This document shows positions 45,990-55,779 of a stretch of 64,000 nucleotides of DNA, one piece after another. The notes under the pieces are model-generated. The model was given only the letters and a program-made list of their open reading frames with translations. It had not been told where the DNA came from and ran no database searches. The DNA lies in contig OY970309.1 in NCBI GenBank assembly GCA_963716395.1, positions 2,176,001 through 2,240,000 on the forward strand, in the 5' to 3' direction. Origin of the DNA: an uncultured Fibrobacteria bacterium (GTDB taxonomy: Bacteria; Fibrobacterota; Fibrobacteria; UBA11236). A program made the translations under genes and the position numbers. Each line of letters starts with the position of its first letter. The stretch's first letter is position 1.

Positions 45990-48900
45990 AGACGGTGTCC
46001 AGGCCCGCGCGCAGGCGCGCGGACGCGCGTTCGAAATCGACGAGGTTGGGCGTGAACGGCACGGCCCGCACGCGTTCGGCCTCCAGCGTGAACGTATCCC
46101 ACTCTTCCGACACGCGGCCCCACACCTCGAAGGGCCCGGGCGCGGCGAGTTCGTCTTCGCAGCGATCGAGCATGTCGGGCCAGAACACCACGTCCACGTG
46201 GCCGCTTTGATCTTCGAGGGTGAGGAATTGCATGAGCCGTCCGCTTTTGGACACGCGGTGCTGGCGCGCGGTCACGTACAGGCCGAACACCTTCACGTTC
46301 CGTCCCGCATGGCGGGGAATCTCGGCCGCGGGCACGGCCTCTTGGTGCGCGGGATGCAGGCCGAGCACGTCGAGGGGATTGCCCGACAACATGTAGCCGA
46401 GCAACCGTTGCTCCGCCAGGCAGCGCTGCATGAGAGTGATGTCCCGGAGCCCCGGATGCAGATCGCGCGGCCGGTAACCGCCGCCGGGTCCGAACAGGGA
46501 TGGCGCCTGCGCCGACGCCGATGCGTAAATGCCGTCGAGGTGGAACAGCAATTCGGGCTGGGTGAGGCCGAAGGCGTCGAAGGCGCCGATGCGGATCAGG
46601 TTTTCGGTTGCGCTTTTTCCCGCGGGCACGCGCCGCAAAAAATCCTCTAGGCCGCGAAAGGGCCCGTGCGCGGCGCGTTCTTCCAGGAGATGGGTCAGGG
46701 TTCGTGGCGCCAGCCCGCGCACATGCACAAAGCCGGCGCGGATGTCCCGTTCGTGGCCGTGGTATTTATGGTGCGAGTGGTTGATGTCGACGGGCCGCAC
46801 ACGCAGCCCCAAACGCCGGGCCTCGTTGAGATACACTTCGCGCCGGTAATACCCGTGGTTGTTGGAGATTACGGCGGACAGGAATTCGGCCGGATGGTGC
46901 GCCTTGAGCCAGGCGCATTGAAACGACAATTGCGCGTAGCTGGCCGAATGCGATTTGCAAAACGAAAATCCGGTGAACGACGACACGCGCCGCCACAATT
47001 CGAGCGCCTGTTCCGCGTTCAATCCGTTCGTCCGGCACCCGTCCAGAAATTCGCGGCGCAACCCGTCCAAGGCGTCCGCCGACAAGCCGCCTTCGTGCTG
47101 GCTGTTCATCCGCTTGCGCACCGCGTCCGATTTTTTGTAGGACAATCCGGCGACTTCATGGCAGATGCGGATTACGTCTTCCTGGAAGGCGCAGACATCG
47201 TGGGTGTCTCCCAGAATGCTTTTCAGCTTCGGGTGCACGAATTCCCAATCCGTGATTCCCAGCTTCCACTGGCGGCGGCGTTCCACGAAGGTTTTCGCGT
47301 ACGCCGTGCCGGCCGGCCGCACCAGGGACGAGGTGATGACCACGTCGTCGAATTGATCGGCCTGCGCCTTCCGGTTCAAACGGATTTGCGCCGGGCTTTC
47401 GATATAGAACACGCCGCGTGTGCCGCCTTCGGCCACCAGGCGCCGCGTCGCGGGATCGTGCAGGCATTTCTCCAGCTTTCCGACTTCCGGATCGGGAAGG
47501 CCCGCTTCCTCGATTTGCGCCAGCGTGTCGCGCAGCACCGACAGCGAGCCGTTGCCGAGCAGATCGAATTTGATGAGCCCGAGCGCATCGATGCCGCTGT
47601 GCATATCCACCTGGGTGATGAGCCGGTTCTGGCTGCCGCCGGATCCTTCGCAGGCCACGTGCCGCCAAATGGGTCCGTTGGTGATGAGCAGGCCGCCGGG
47701 ATGCTGCCCCAGAAAGCGCGGCCGGCCTTCCACCTGGGCGGCCCAACCCCGCAGCCCGCGAATCTCCTCGTCGTCGCGGCGTTGGGTTTTGCGATCCCAC
47801 GCGTTCAGCACGGCGCGGACCTGCTCTTCGGAATAGCCGAAGACCTTGGCGGTTTCGCGGAACGCCGAAGGAAAGTGAAAGTGGTTGAAGGTGCAGGTGA
47901 TGGCCACGCGTTCGCGGCCGAACCGCTCCGCCATGTAGGCCAGCATCTCTTCGCGCTCGTCCCAGCCGAAGTCGAGATCGGCATCCGGCGGGCTGGCGCG
48001 ATCCTCGTTGAGAAAGCGCTGGAAGTACAGCTTGTGGCGGATGGGATCGAGGCGGCCGACGCCGAGGTTGTAAAAGGTGATGGAGTTGGCCGCCGAACCG
48101 CGCAGCAGCGAACAATCCTTGGGCGTGCGGAATTTTTTGGCGAAGCGGCGCCCGGCTTCTTCGTACACGTCTTTCACCATGAGGAAGTACGAGGCATAGC
48201 CCAGTTTTTCGATCACCGACAATTCCATGTCCTGAATTTGCTCGGCCCGTTCGAAGTGCGGCGTCCCGCCGTAATTGGCGCGCAAGCCGTGACCCGCCTG
48301 GTCGGCCAGCCACGTATCCGGCGTGTGACCCTGCGGCACCGGGATTTCGGGCTGAATCCATTTGCCGGTGGGCGGCCGGGCGTGGCATCGCTCCGCCAGC
48401 GCCTCGGCGTCCCGCACGAGTTGGGGATGGTCGTCATATAAGGCGTCCAGTTCGGCGGGCGCGCGCATCCACGCGCCTGCGGGTTCGGTTTCGCCGGGGC
48501 GCAGGCGCGAGAGGGTGGAATTCAGGTCGATGGCGCGCAGAATACGGTGGACGGTATGTTCCCGCCGGTCGAGAAACCAGACGTCGCCGGCCGCCACCAC
48601 GGGCAAGCCGGCGCGGGCGCAGAAAGCTTCGGTGGCGCGCGCGCGCAGGCGCGCTTCGGGGCTGTGGCGGATGGAGGCGCCGAACAGGCGTGCGCGGTTC
48701 GGGCCGCGGGACAACGCGTCCAGGATTTCCGTCGCCTCCGAAACGAGAAAAAGATGGGGCCACGGTTTTTCCAAGGCGCGGGCCAGGGAAAAGGCCGTAC
48801 CGTGCAGGTGACGTTGCGTGATGAGCTCGCAGAGGTCACCGTAGCCGGCCTCGTTGCGGGCCAGCAGCGTCAGGCGGTTTCCCGGATTTTGGGCTTCGCG

Positions 48901-49101
48901 GATCTCGGCGCCGAGAATGGGCTGGATGCTCTGGCGGAGGCATTCGGCGTAAAACACGACCAGGCCGCTCATGCGGTTCACGTCGGTGAGCGCCAGCGCT
49001 GCATAGCCCAATTGCCGGGCGCGGGTCACCAGAGCTTCGATGGAGGGCGTGCCCGCCAGCAGCGAGAATTGCGAATGCGCCTGCAGCAAAACTTTGGGCA
49101 T
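45967..49101 (-). CDS. dnaE2: Error-prone DNA polymerase III alpha (DnaE2/ImuC type)
   Basis: PHP domain (HSQFSLL, ALTD), RGSAANS, PDADLD, HPGG, KFDLLG, FCKSHSASY and an OB fold (FLTLED). It is short (1044 aa) and lacks the replicative C-terminal extension. Confidence 0.85.
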   Translation of the reverse strand: MPKVLLQAHSQFSLLAGTPSIEALVTRARQLGYAALALTDVNRMSGLVVFYAECLRQSIQPILGAEIREAQNPGNRLTLLARNEAGYGDLCELITQRHLHGTAFSLARALEKPWPHLFLVSEATEILDALSRGPNRARLFGASIRHSPEARLRARATEAFCARAGLPVVAAGDVWFLDRREHTVHRILRAIDLNSTLSRLRPGETEPAGAWMRAPAELDALYDDHPQLVRDAEALAERCHARPPTGKWIQPEIPVPQGHTPDTWLADQAGHGLRANYGGTPHFERAEQIQDMELSVIEKLGYASYFLMVKDVYEEAGRRFAKKFRTPKDCSLLRGSAANSITFYNLGVGRLDPIRHKLYFQRFLNEDRASPPDADLDFGWDEREEMLAYMAERFGRERVAITCTFNHFHFPSAFRETAKVFGYSEEQVRAVLNAWDRKTQRRDDEEIRGLRGWAAQVEGRPRFLGQHPGGLLITNGPIWRHVACEGSGGSQNRLITQVDMHSGIDALGLIKFDLLGNGSLSVLRDTLAQIEEAGLPDPEVGKLEKCLHDPATRRLVAEGGTRGVFYIESPAQIRLNRKAQADQFDDVVITSSLVRPAGTAYAKTFVERRRQWKLGITDWEFVHPKLKSILGDTHDVCAFQEDVIRICHEVAGLSYKKSDAVRKRMNSQHEGGLSADALDGLRREFLDGCRTNGLNAEQALELWRRVSSFTGFSFCKSHSASYAQLSFQCAWLKAHHPAEFLSAVISNNHGYYRREVYLNEARRLGLRVRPVDINHSHHKYHGHERDIRAGFVHVRGLAPRTLTHLLEERAAHGPFRGLEDFLRRVPAGKSATENLIRIGAFDAFGLTQPELLFHLDGIYASASAQAPSLFGPGGGYRPRDLHPGLRDITLMQRCLAEQRLLGYMLSGNPLDVLGLHPAHQEAVPAAEIPRHAGRNVKVFGLYVTARQHRVSKSGRLMQFLTLEDQSGHVDVVFWPDMLDRCEDELAAPGPFEVWGRVSEEWDTFTLEAERVRAVPFTPNLVDFERASARLRAGLDTVYAAAQAA

Positions 49102-49119
49102 GGCTCACAAGATAGATAG

Positions 49120-49138
49120 TGAACTTATGAGCAGTATA
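49120..49138 (-). promoter_or_regulatory. Putative LexA (SOS) box abutting a -10 element of dnaE2
   Basis: Minus strand TATAC-TGCTC-ATAA-GTTCA: a TATACT -10 overlapping TGCTC-N4-GTTCA, one mismatch from the TGCNC-N4-GTGCA box I recall for Fibrobacter succinogenes LexA. Confidence 0.6.
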
Positions 49139-49252
49139 TAGGCAAAAAAATGGCGTAATTTATCTGAAAATGGCCTCCGCACCACGGTGTCGGCTCAGCG
49201 AAATACACACCATGCGCGCCGCCAAGTGGAACGATTGCCGGATACTATGTAT

Positions 49253-49301
49253 TGTCTGATACTATGGACATAAAAAATTATTTAGTCTATAATATCGGAC
49301 A
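49253..49301 (+). promoter_or_regulatory. Sigma70 promoter with two operator-like palindromes; probably a leaderless transcript
   Basis: TGGACA (49265)-N17-TATAAT (49288)-N7-ATG. The 18-mers TGTCTGATACTATGGACA and AGTCTATAATATCGGACA are 14/18 inverted copies overlapping the -35 and -10. Confidence 0.7.
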
Positions 49302-49678
49302 TGGGGCGCACTTTCAGGCAGGCATTTCCCATCCTCAAGCGGCAGATGGCTGACCTGGGGGAACGACTGCGGACGGCAAGATTGCGTCGTAGAATGACGA
49401 CAATCGTATTCGCTCAGCGGATGGGCGTTTCTCGTGACACCTTGAACCGGCTGGAAAAGGGCGACGCGACCATTGCCCTAGGTACGTACGCGCGGGCCCT
49501 TCGGGTCTTGGGACTGGAGGGAGATCTCGACGCGGTGGCACGGGACGACGTGCTGGGTCGTAAGCTGCAGGACTTGCAATTGCCCGGACGAAAATCCCGC
49601 CGCGAACCCCGTCGCCGTGAACCAAATCCCACGCCGCCCACAGCAACGGGAATACCGTCGCCTCACCGTGCCCCTTGA
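49301..49678 (+). CDS. XRE-family HTH antitoxin (HipB-like)
   Basis: LGERLRTARLRR...VSRDTLNRLEKG...DDVLGRKLQD; directly upstream of the HipA-like gene. Confidence 0.85.
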   Translation: MGRTFRQAFPILKRQMADLGERLRTARLRRRMTTIVFAQRMGVSRDTLNRLEKGDATIALGTYARALRVLGLEGDLDAVARDDVLGRKLQDLQLPGRKSRREPRRREPNPTPPTATGIPSPHRAP

Positions 49679-49693
49679 AAGGAAGACCGGGCC

Positions 49694-50959
49694 ATGGCGA
49701 CACCCAGACCTCGCCGCCAGGCGTTCGAAGTTTTTCTCGACGCCAAAGAACTCGGCCCACTCCAGAAGGTGGGAAGCCTATTCCGCCATGAAACCCGGAC
49801 CGATTTGCCGGCCGCTTTTGAGTACGACGAGGATTGGTTGCACGGAGACCGCGTCTTTATGCTCGATCCCCGCCTCGAGCTTTGGACCGGCGCGCAATAC
49901 CCGCCGACTGGCACAACGGCTTTCGGGATTTTTATGGATTCCGCACCCGATCGCTGGGGGCGAGTCCTCATGGAACGCCGCGAATCCGTGCGCGCACGGC
50001 ATGAGGGCCGGAGGGCCCGGACCTTGCAGGAAGTTGACTTTCTGCTCGGAGTCAATGACCTGACAAGAATCGGCGCGCTGCGATTCCGCTCCATGGAAGA
50101 CGGGTCCTTCCTGGATGCTTCGGAAAACGCGGCCCCTCCCTTCACCACCTTGCGGGAACTCGCCGATGTCAGTCGGCGCATCGAGAGGGCTGATTCCGAG
50201 TCGCTGCCGGAATACGAACGCTGGCTTGCGAGGCTCATGGCTCCCGGCACTTCGTTGGGCGGGGCCCGACCCAAAGCGAATTTCACCGATGAAGACGGGC
50301 GCCTTTGGCTTGCCAAGTTTCCCGCACAGGAGGATCGCTATGATGTGGGAGCCTGGGAATTCCTGGTGCATGAACTGGCCCGGCGCGCCGGCATCCAGGT
50401 TCCGGATGCCCGGCTCGAGGAACTTTCCCCCCGCCACCGGACCTATTGCGCGGCCCGCTTCGATCGCACGGGTGACAGCCGCCGTATGTTCGCATCCGCC
50501 ATGACCTTGCTGGAACGCCGCGATGGAGACAAAGACTCCGGTTATCTAGACCTCGCGCAATTCGTGTCCGACCATGGTATCGCCAATCAGATTGAGGAAG
50601 AATTGGAGCAGCTTTTTCGGCGCGTCGTTTTCAATGTGATGGTGGGGAACCGGAATGACCACCTGCGGAACCACGCCTGCATTCGAGAGCCGGGCGGTTG
50701 GCGACTCTCTCCCGCCTACGACGTAAATCCCGTTCCCGGCAAGTCGGAACATGCCATCAGGCTGGACGAAAGCTCGGCCGCTCCCAATCTCGACGCCGTC
50801 CTGGCGACATCCGGGTATTACCGGATGGAACGTTCCAAAGCGAAAAAAATCCTTGCAGAGGTGAAAGGCGAGGTGGCGCGGTGGCGGAGAGAGGCCGATA
50901 ATCTCGGCTTGCCCCGCTCGGAAATCGAATGGGTGGGGACAGCCTTAATGGTTCACTAA
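49694..50959 (+). CDS. hipA: HipA-family kinase toxin (catalytic Asp appears to be replaced by Asn)
   Basis: DSAPDRWGR, SLGGARPK, AKFP, RFDR, GNRNDHLRNH and LSPAYD. Confidence 0.85.
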   Translation: MATPRPRRQAFEVFLDAKELGPLQKVGSLFRHETRTDLPAAFEYDEDWLHGDRVFMLDPRLELWTGAQYPPTGTTAFGIFMDSAPDRWGRVLMERRESVRARHEGRRARTLQEVDFLLGVNDLTRIGALRFRSMEDGSFLDASENAAPPFTTLRELADVSRRIERADSESLPEYERWLARLMAPGTSLGGARPKANFTDEDGRLWLAKFPAQEDRYDVGAWEFLVHELARRAGIQVPDARLEELSPRHRTYCAARFDRTGDSRRMFASAMTLLERRDGDKDSGYLDLAQFVSDHGIANQIEEELEQLFRRVVFNVMVGNRNDHLRNHACIREPGGWRLSPAYDVNPVPGKSEHAIRLDESSAAPNLDAVLATSGYYRMERSKAKKILAEVKGEVARWRREADNLGLPRSEIEWVGTALMVH

Positions 50960-51193
50960 CCCCCAATGGAAATGCCTGCGTTGAAGCCTGACTACCCCTC
51001 GTTCGAAACCGGGTGATCCGCAGAGTTCGAAATTGGCTGTAAACAAATCCAGGGAGTCACATTCAGACTAAAAATTGGCCCGCTTCAAGCTGAAGGTGGA
51101 GCCGGTGTCAAGGATGTATTTATTGGATGAAAAGCAGGATCCGGAGCTAAGCGAGCCGTCCGGAGAGCTTTAGGCCGGAAAAGCCGCTTGTTT

Positions 51194-51225
51194 TTGCCAC
51201 AAAAACAGGGTACTTTTTGTGGCAA
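51194..51225. promoter_or_regulatory. Perfect 12-bp inverted-repeat operator upstream of the AbiEi-like gene
   Basis: TTGCCACAAAAA-N8-TTTTTGTGGCAA, ending 2 nt before the ATG at 51228. Confidence 0.7.
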
Positions 51226-51227
51226 TA

Positions 51228-51847
51228 ATGGGCAAGCATAAGCAATCCGTCGATAGCCAGGTTTGGCAACGTATACAGGCGCGCAGGCCGGGGTGGACCT
51301 TCACGCCTGCGGACTTTTTTGACTTGGGCTCGCGAACGGCCGTGGCCACGGCGCTGACACGCCTCAAGCAGGCGAAAGAAAATCCGTCAACTGGCTCGCG
51401 GCCTTTACGACTTCCCCGAAATGCATCTCTAGGTTAGGAATGCTTTCGCCGTCTATCGACGAAATTGCCAAGACACTGTCCGGGCGGCATGCCATCCGCC
51501 TTCTGCCCTCCGGAGCCTATGCAGCAAATATGTTGCGCCTCTCCGAGCAAGTGCCGGCAAAGGTTGTGTTTCTCACCGATGGTCCGTCCCGAAAGGTTAA
51601 GATCGGAAAACAGGAAATCACTTTGAAGCAGGCTGCACCGCGGCGCTTGGCAGCCGCTGGCCGTACCAGCGGACTGGTGATCGAGGCATTGCGATATCTG
51701 GGCAAGGAACACGTCGAACCAAAGAGAATTGGACATCTTCGCACCTTGCTGTCCGCTGGGGACAAAGCGAAGCTGATGCTGGATTTGCCGCTAGCTCCGG
51801 CCTGGATGCATGCGCATATCCGGTTCATCGCGGGAGAAAAGCCGTGA
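51228..51847 (+). CDS. AbiEi-like (DUF6088-type) antitoxin; two apparent +1 frameshifts near 51375 and 51428
   Basis: FTPADFFDLGSR..V..ALTRL, then IRQLARGLYDFP in another frame, then SGAYAANMLRLSEQVP..FLTDG...IEALRYLG...PAWM. Confidence 0.75.
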
Positions 51848-52869
51848 AAGGCTTCTTGGATCTTTCCGAAAAGGAACGTACCGGATATTTTCAGGAAGCC
51901 GCGAACCGGCTGGCCTTACTTCCCGTAATCGTGGAAAAGGATTTCTGGGTTACATGGACTTTGGATCGGGTATTCGCCCTGCCGGATGCGGCGTCCCGCT
52001 ATTTGTTCAAAGGTGGTACGTCGTTGTCCAAGGTATTTCGTGTCATCGAAAGGTTTTCCGAGGACATCGATCTCGGTGTCGCCCCGGCGCAATTGGGGTG
52101 GTCGGAATCCGATTTGGACGATGCGCCGTCTCCAACTCAACGCCAAAAGCGGATGAAAAAATTGGAGGAGGATTGCGCGAAGTGGTTGGAGCATACCTTT
52201 ATGCCGGAACTGGAACAGGAAATCCGGTCCAAAATCGGGATGGCGAAACCCGGAGTGGGTTGGCTAAAATTCGAGCGCGATCCTGTGACCCATTCAGCGG
52301 TCGTGTATTTCATGTATCCATCCTCATTTGCTCCCGAATCGGGATACATTGCCCCCATGGTCAAGTTGGAATTCGGTTCCCTCACGGATCAGCAACCCAG
52401 AAGTCCCCATTCCATCAAGCCTTTGCTGGCGGATGTTTTCGACGAATCCTTTCCGGAGTTCAGCGCGCAGGTTATCGCCTTGGAATTGGAACGGACCTTC
52501 TGGGAAAAGGCGACCATTCTCCACAAGGAATACCATCGCCCTGATGCAGACCGCATCCGGGATCGCTATGCGAGGCATTATTCCGATTTCGCCGCCTTGT
52601 GGCGTCATCCATCCCGAAAAAATTCGTTGAGTAGATTGGACTTGCTGGAGCGCGTGGCATTGCATAAAGGACGGTTTTTCAAAACGTCTTGGTCCTCATA
52701 CGATACAGCCAAACCTGGACAACTGAAATTCGTTCCCAAACCGCAACGGATAAAGGAGTTGGAACGGGATTATGAATTGATGGAGCCAATGTTCGCCACC
52801 AAACCTCCGCCTTTCGGTGAAATCCTGGAAACTCTCGCCGATGCCGAACGCGTGATCAACAAATTATGA
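51844..52869 (+). CDS. AbiEii-family nucleotidyltransferase toxin (type IV TA)
   Basis: VEKD, LFKGGTSLSK...IERFSEDIDL, ERTFWEK and RHYSD; GTGA overlap with the antitoxin gene. Confidence 0.9.
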   Translation: MKGFLDLSEKERTGYFQEAANRLALLPVIVEKDFWVTWTLDRVFALPDAASRYLFKGGTSLSKVFRVIERFSEDIDLGVAPAQLGWSESDLDDAPSPTQRQKRMKKLEEDCAKWLEHTFMPELEQEIRSKIGMAKPGVGWLKFERDPVTHSAVVYFMYPSSFAPESGYIAPMVKLEFGSLTDQQPRSPHSIKPLLADVFDESFPEFSAQVIALELERTFWEKATILHKEYHRPDADRIRDRYARHYSDFAALWRHPSRKNSLSRLDLLERVALHKGRFFKTSWSSYDTAKPGQLKFVPKPQRIKELERDYELMEPMFATKPPPFGEILETLADAERVINKL

Positions 52870-53015
52870 GCGGCTCCAACTTCGCTTTCCTCCTAACCGA
52901 ATGGCCCGCCGTATACGAGGCCGCCGTCAAGGCGGCCAATGCCGCGCACCCGGATCGCTCTGCCATTCACAATGGAAGCCAAAATTGCCTCTTTAAATAT
53001 TGCAGCCTCAAGTAG
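52866..53015 (+). pseudogene. 5' fragment (~30 codons) of an EcoEI/DUF4145-type type I HsdR
   Basis: ATGA-coupled to abiEii; MSGSNFAFLLTEWPAVYEAAVKAANAAHPD resembles the SNFxFL..EW...A..AE...DP start of such HsdRs. Unrelated AT-rich DNA follows. Confidence 0.55.
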
Positions 53016-53219
53016 CAAATCACTTGTAGGACTAAAAATTGAAGTTAAGGCAATAAAGACAGCGCTTTTGAAGGAAAATTGGTCGGCATCGTTGGACGAT
53101 GTCAGAACTTTTTTACCCAAAATAAGGTGGTTTTTAGGTTCTCCACCTACCTCCTGAGAGGGGCTCGCTTGCGAAACCAAGCCACCGCCGGTCTACCAAG
53201 GGCTTGCTTTTCCGTCCTT

Positions 53220-53390
53220 CGCGGTCTTTCAGTCGGCCGCCGGGGCAGCCCGAAAACCGGCGCTGGGGTCAAGTGGCGCGCCGAAACACAAAATAGGGCG
53301 CACTGAACAAAGACGGCCACGAAAACGAACCCCGGCTATACAGGCTTTGAAGAATGGCCCCGCGATCTTTCAGTCGCGGGGCGGGGTAAA
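53220..53390 (+). mobile_element. Possible IS200/IS605-family end remnant (palindrome-associated element)
   Basis: GAAGAATGGCCCCGCGA-TCTTTCAG-TCGCGGGGC hairpin (53349-53382) resembles IS605 right ends; a direct repeat CGCG(G/A)TCTTTCAGTCG lies at 53220. No tnpA or tnpB ORF. Confidence 0.35.
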
Positions 53391-53513
53391 GTGACGATTT
53401 TAAAGGGGGCGGGAACACCTAAGCCTGTGATTCTCTATGATTAACGCCGAATTATGCAAGCTACTATGTTGCCTTATATATTTTTCAAGGCTATCTGACG
53501 GCTAAAGAGGCAT

Positions 53514-53720
53514 ATGACGGAACAAAACATCCCTGCGTTGATCAAAGACCTAAGGGCACGACTGCATTTGACTCAGGAACAGTTCGCCCAGAAGGTTGGG
53601 GTCACGTACAGTACCGTAAATAATTGGGAAAACGGAAAGCGTATTCCGTTGCCGTTTTTAATTCGTCGCTTGATTGAACTCAAGGAAGAATTGGATCAAA
53701 AGGGAAAAAAGAAAAGGTGA
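53514..53720 (+). CDS. Small XRE HTH protein, controller-like, leading the R-M operon
   Basis: [32 protein letters not shown]; GTGA overlap with hsdM. Confidence 0.85.
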   Translation: MTEQNIPALIKDLRARLHLTQEQFAQKVGVTYSTVNNWENGKRIPLPFLIRRLIELKEELDQKGKKKR

Positions 53721-55294
53721 AATCCATGGCCCGCAAGGCGAAAACGGAAAAAAATCAAAACGGCAACGGAGCCACCTTGGGTTTTGAAACCAAGCTTTGG
53801 CAAGCTGCGGATAAACTTCGCAACAATATGGACGCCGCCGAGTATAAGCATGTTGTTCTCGGCCTTGTTTTCCTGAAATACATCTCAGATGCTTTCGAGG
53901 AACAGCGCACTAAACTCGTCGCCGATAAAAAAAGCGGAGCAGATCCCGAAGACCCGGATGAATATCGCGCCTTCAATATTTTTTGGGTTCCAAAAGAAGC
54001 GCGTTGGCCTTTTTTACAAGGCAAAGCTAAACAGCCGGGCATCGGCAAATATCTCGACGATGCCATGGTTGCCATCGAACGCGACAACAAAACTTTGAAA
54101 GGAGTGTTGCCAAAGGATTTCGCCCGCCCGGCTTTGGACAAGCAACGGCTGGGTGAATTGATAGACCTGATCGGAACCATCGGGTTAGGCGACAAGGAAA
54201 ACCGCTCCAAGGATATTCTTGGTCGCGTGTACGAATACTTCCTTGGCCAATTCGCCAGCGCGGAAGGCAAAAAGGGCGGACAATTCTATACGCCGCGTTG
54301 CGTGGTGCAAGTCTTGGTGGAAATGTTGGCTCCGTACAAGGGTAGGGTTTACGATCCCTGCTGCGGTTCAGGCGGTATGTTCGTGCAAAGCGAAAAATTT
54401 ATTGAAGAACACGGCGGCAAGGTCGGCGACATCAGCATTTACGGTCAGGAGTCGAATAACACTACTTGGCGTTTGGCCAAAATGAATCTTGCCATTCGGG
54501 GAATTGACACAAATCTTGGCACCGAGAACGCCGATAGCTTTCACCGTGATATGCATCCGGATCTTAAAGCGGATTACGTTCTAGCTAACCCGCCCTTCAA
54601 TGACAGCGATTGGGGCGGGAATCGTCTTCGTGAGGACAAGCGCTGGAAATTTGGTCTTCCACCTTCGGGCAATGCCAACTTCGGATGGGTTCAGCATTTC
54701 ATCCATCATTTAAGCCCCACCGGCTTGGCCGGATTCGTACTCGCTAACGGGAGTATGTCCAGCAATCAAAGTGGGGAAGGGGAGATCCGCAAGAACATTA
54801 TCGAAGCGGACTTGGTGGATTGCATGGTGGCCATGCCGGGCCAGCTTTTTTATTCCACGCAAATTCCAGTTTGCCTGTGGTTTCTCACCCGCGACAAGAA
54901 AAACAGTCGCTTCAAGGATCGACGGTGCAAGGTGCTGTTCATCGACGCTCGTAAACTCGGAACCTTGATCGACCGAGTACATCGGGAATTGACGCCCGAA
55001 GACATCCGTAAAATCTCAGGTACTTACCATGCTTGGCGCGGCGACAAGGGGGCAGGGAAATATCAGGACACCAACGGTTTCTGCAAATCGGCATCGCTGG
55101 ATGAGATTCGCGGGCACGGGCATGTGCTTACGCCGGGGCGTTACGTGGGCGCGGAGGAAGTCGAGGATGACGGCGAACCGTTCGACGAAAAAATGAAGCG
55201 GCTCTCGAAAACCTTGGCGACACAATTCACCGAAGGCGCGAAATTGGAAAAAGCGATTCGGGAAAATCTTAAAGGGTTGGGGTTTGGATTATGA
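53717..55294 (+). CDS. hsdM: Type I R-M methyltransferase subunit
   Basis: [26 protein letters not shown] and LTPGRYVG. Confidence 0.96.
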   Translation: MKSMARKAKTEKNQNGNGATLGFETKLWQAADKLRNNMDAAEYKHVVLGLVFLKYISDAFEEQRTKLVADKKSGADPEDPDEYRAFNIFWVPKEARWPFLQGKAKQPGIGKYLDDAMVAIERDNKTLKGVLPKDFARPALDKQRLGELIDLIGTIGLGDKENRSKDILGRVYEYFLGQFASAEGKKGGQFYTPRCVVQVLVEMLAPYKGRVYDPCCGSGGMFVQSEKFIEEHGGKVGDISIYGQESNNTTWRLAKMNLAIRGIDTNLGTENADSFHRDMHPDLKADYVLANPPFNDSDWGGNRLREDKRWKFGLPPSGNANFGWVQHFIHHLSPTGLAGFVLANGSMSSNQSGEGEIRKNIIEADLVDCMVAMPGQLFYSTQIPVCLWFLTRDKKNSRFKDRRCKVLFIDARKLGTLIDRVHRELTPEDIRKISGTYHAWRGDKGAGKYQDTNGFCKSASLDEIRGHGHVLTPGRYVGAEEVEDDGEPFDEKMKRLSKTLATQFTEGAKLEKAIRENLKGLGFGL

Positions 55295-55345
55295 ATGACA
55301 TGGTGAAGTTGTTGGGCTGTTTTTTAGAAAAGATGGGAGCATGAT

Positions 55346-55779
55346 ATGGCCGCCACGTTGGATCTCTCTTCATTTAAGGAAGCTATCGCTTCGCTGGAAA
55401 GCGGGTTGGGCACGGTCAGCAATGCTGAATGGTTCAAGCAGCAATCCCCCGCCGTGCAAAACACTTTAGTCGCGGGCGTGATCCAGAACTTCGAGTTTGT
55501 TTATGAAATAGGCATTAAGATGATTCGATCGCGCGCATTGAACTGGACGCGGCGAGTCCTTCGGAGGCTGATTTCAGCGAGTTCCGGGATTTATTGCGGA
55601 CGGCGGCAGAGAAGGGGTTGATCAAGGACGTTGAAGCCTGGTTCAACTATCGTAAGATGCGCAACATCACTTCGCATACCTATGATCATGAGAAAGCGCA
55701 GCAGATTTATCAGGGCACAATGTCTTTCATCGGCGACGCCCGCGATTTGTTGCAAAGGTTGGAAGCCCGTAATGGCTGA
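55346..55779 (+). CDS. HEPN protein (HI0074 / nucleotidyltransferase substrate-binding family); frameshift near 55527
   Basis: GVIQNFEFVYE, then FRDLLRTAAEKGLI...W..YRKMRNITSHTY (RX4HXY). Confidence 0.85.

Noticed and set aside
51206-51213. AGGGTAC in the AbiEi operator spacer matching the MITE end
   Set aside because: Only 7 bp with no partner end; probably chance.
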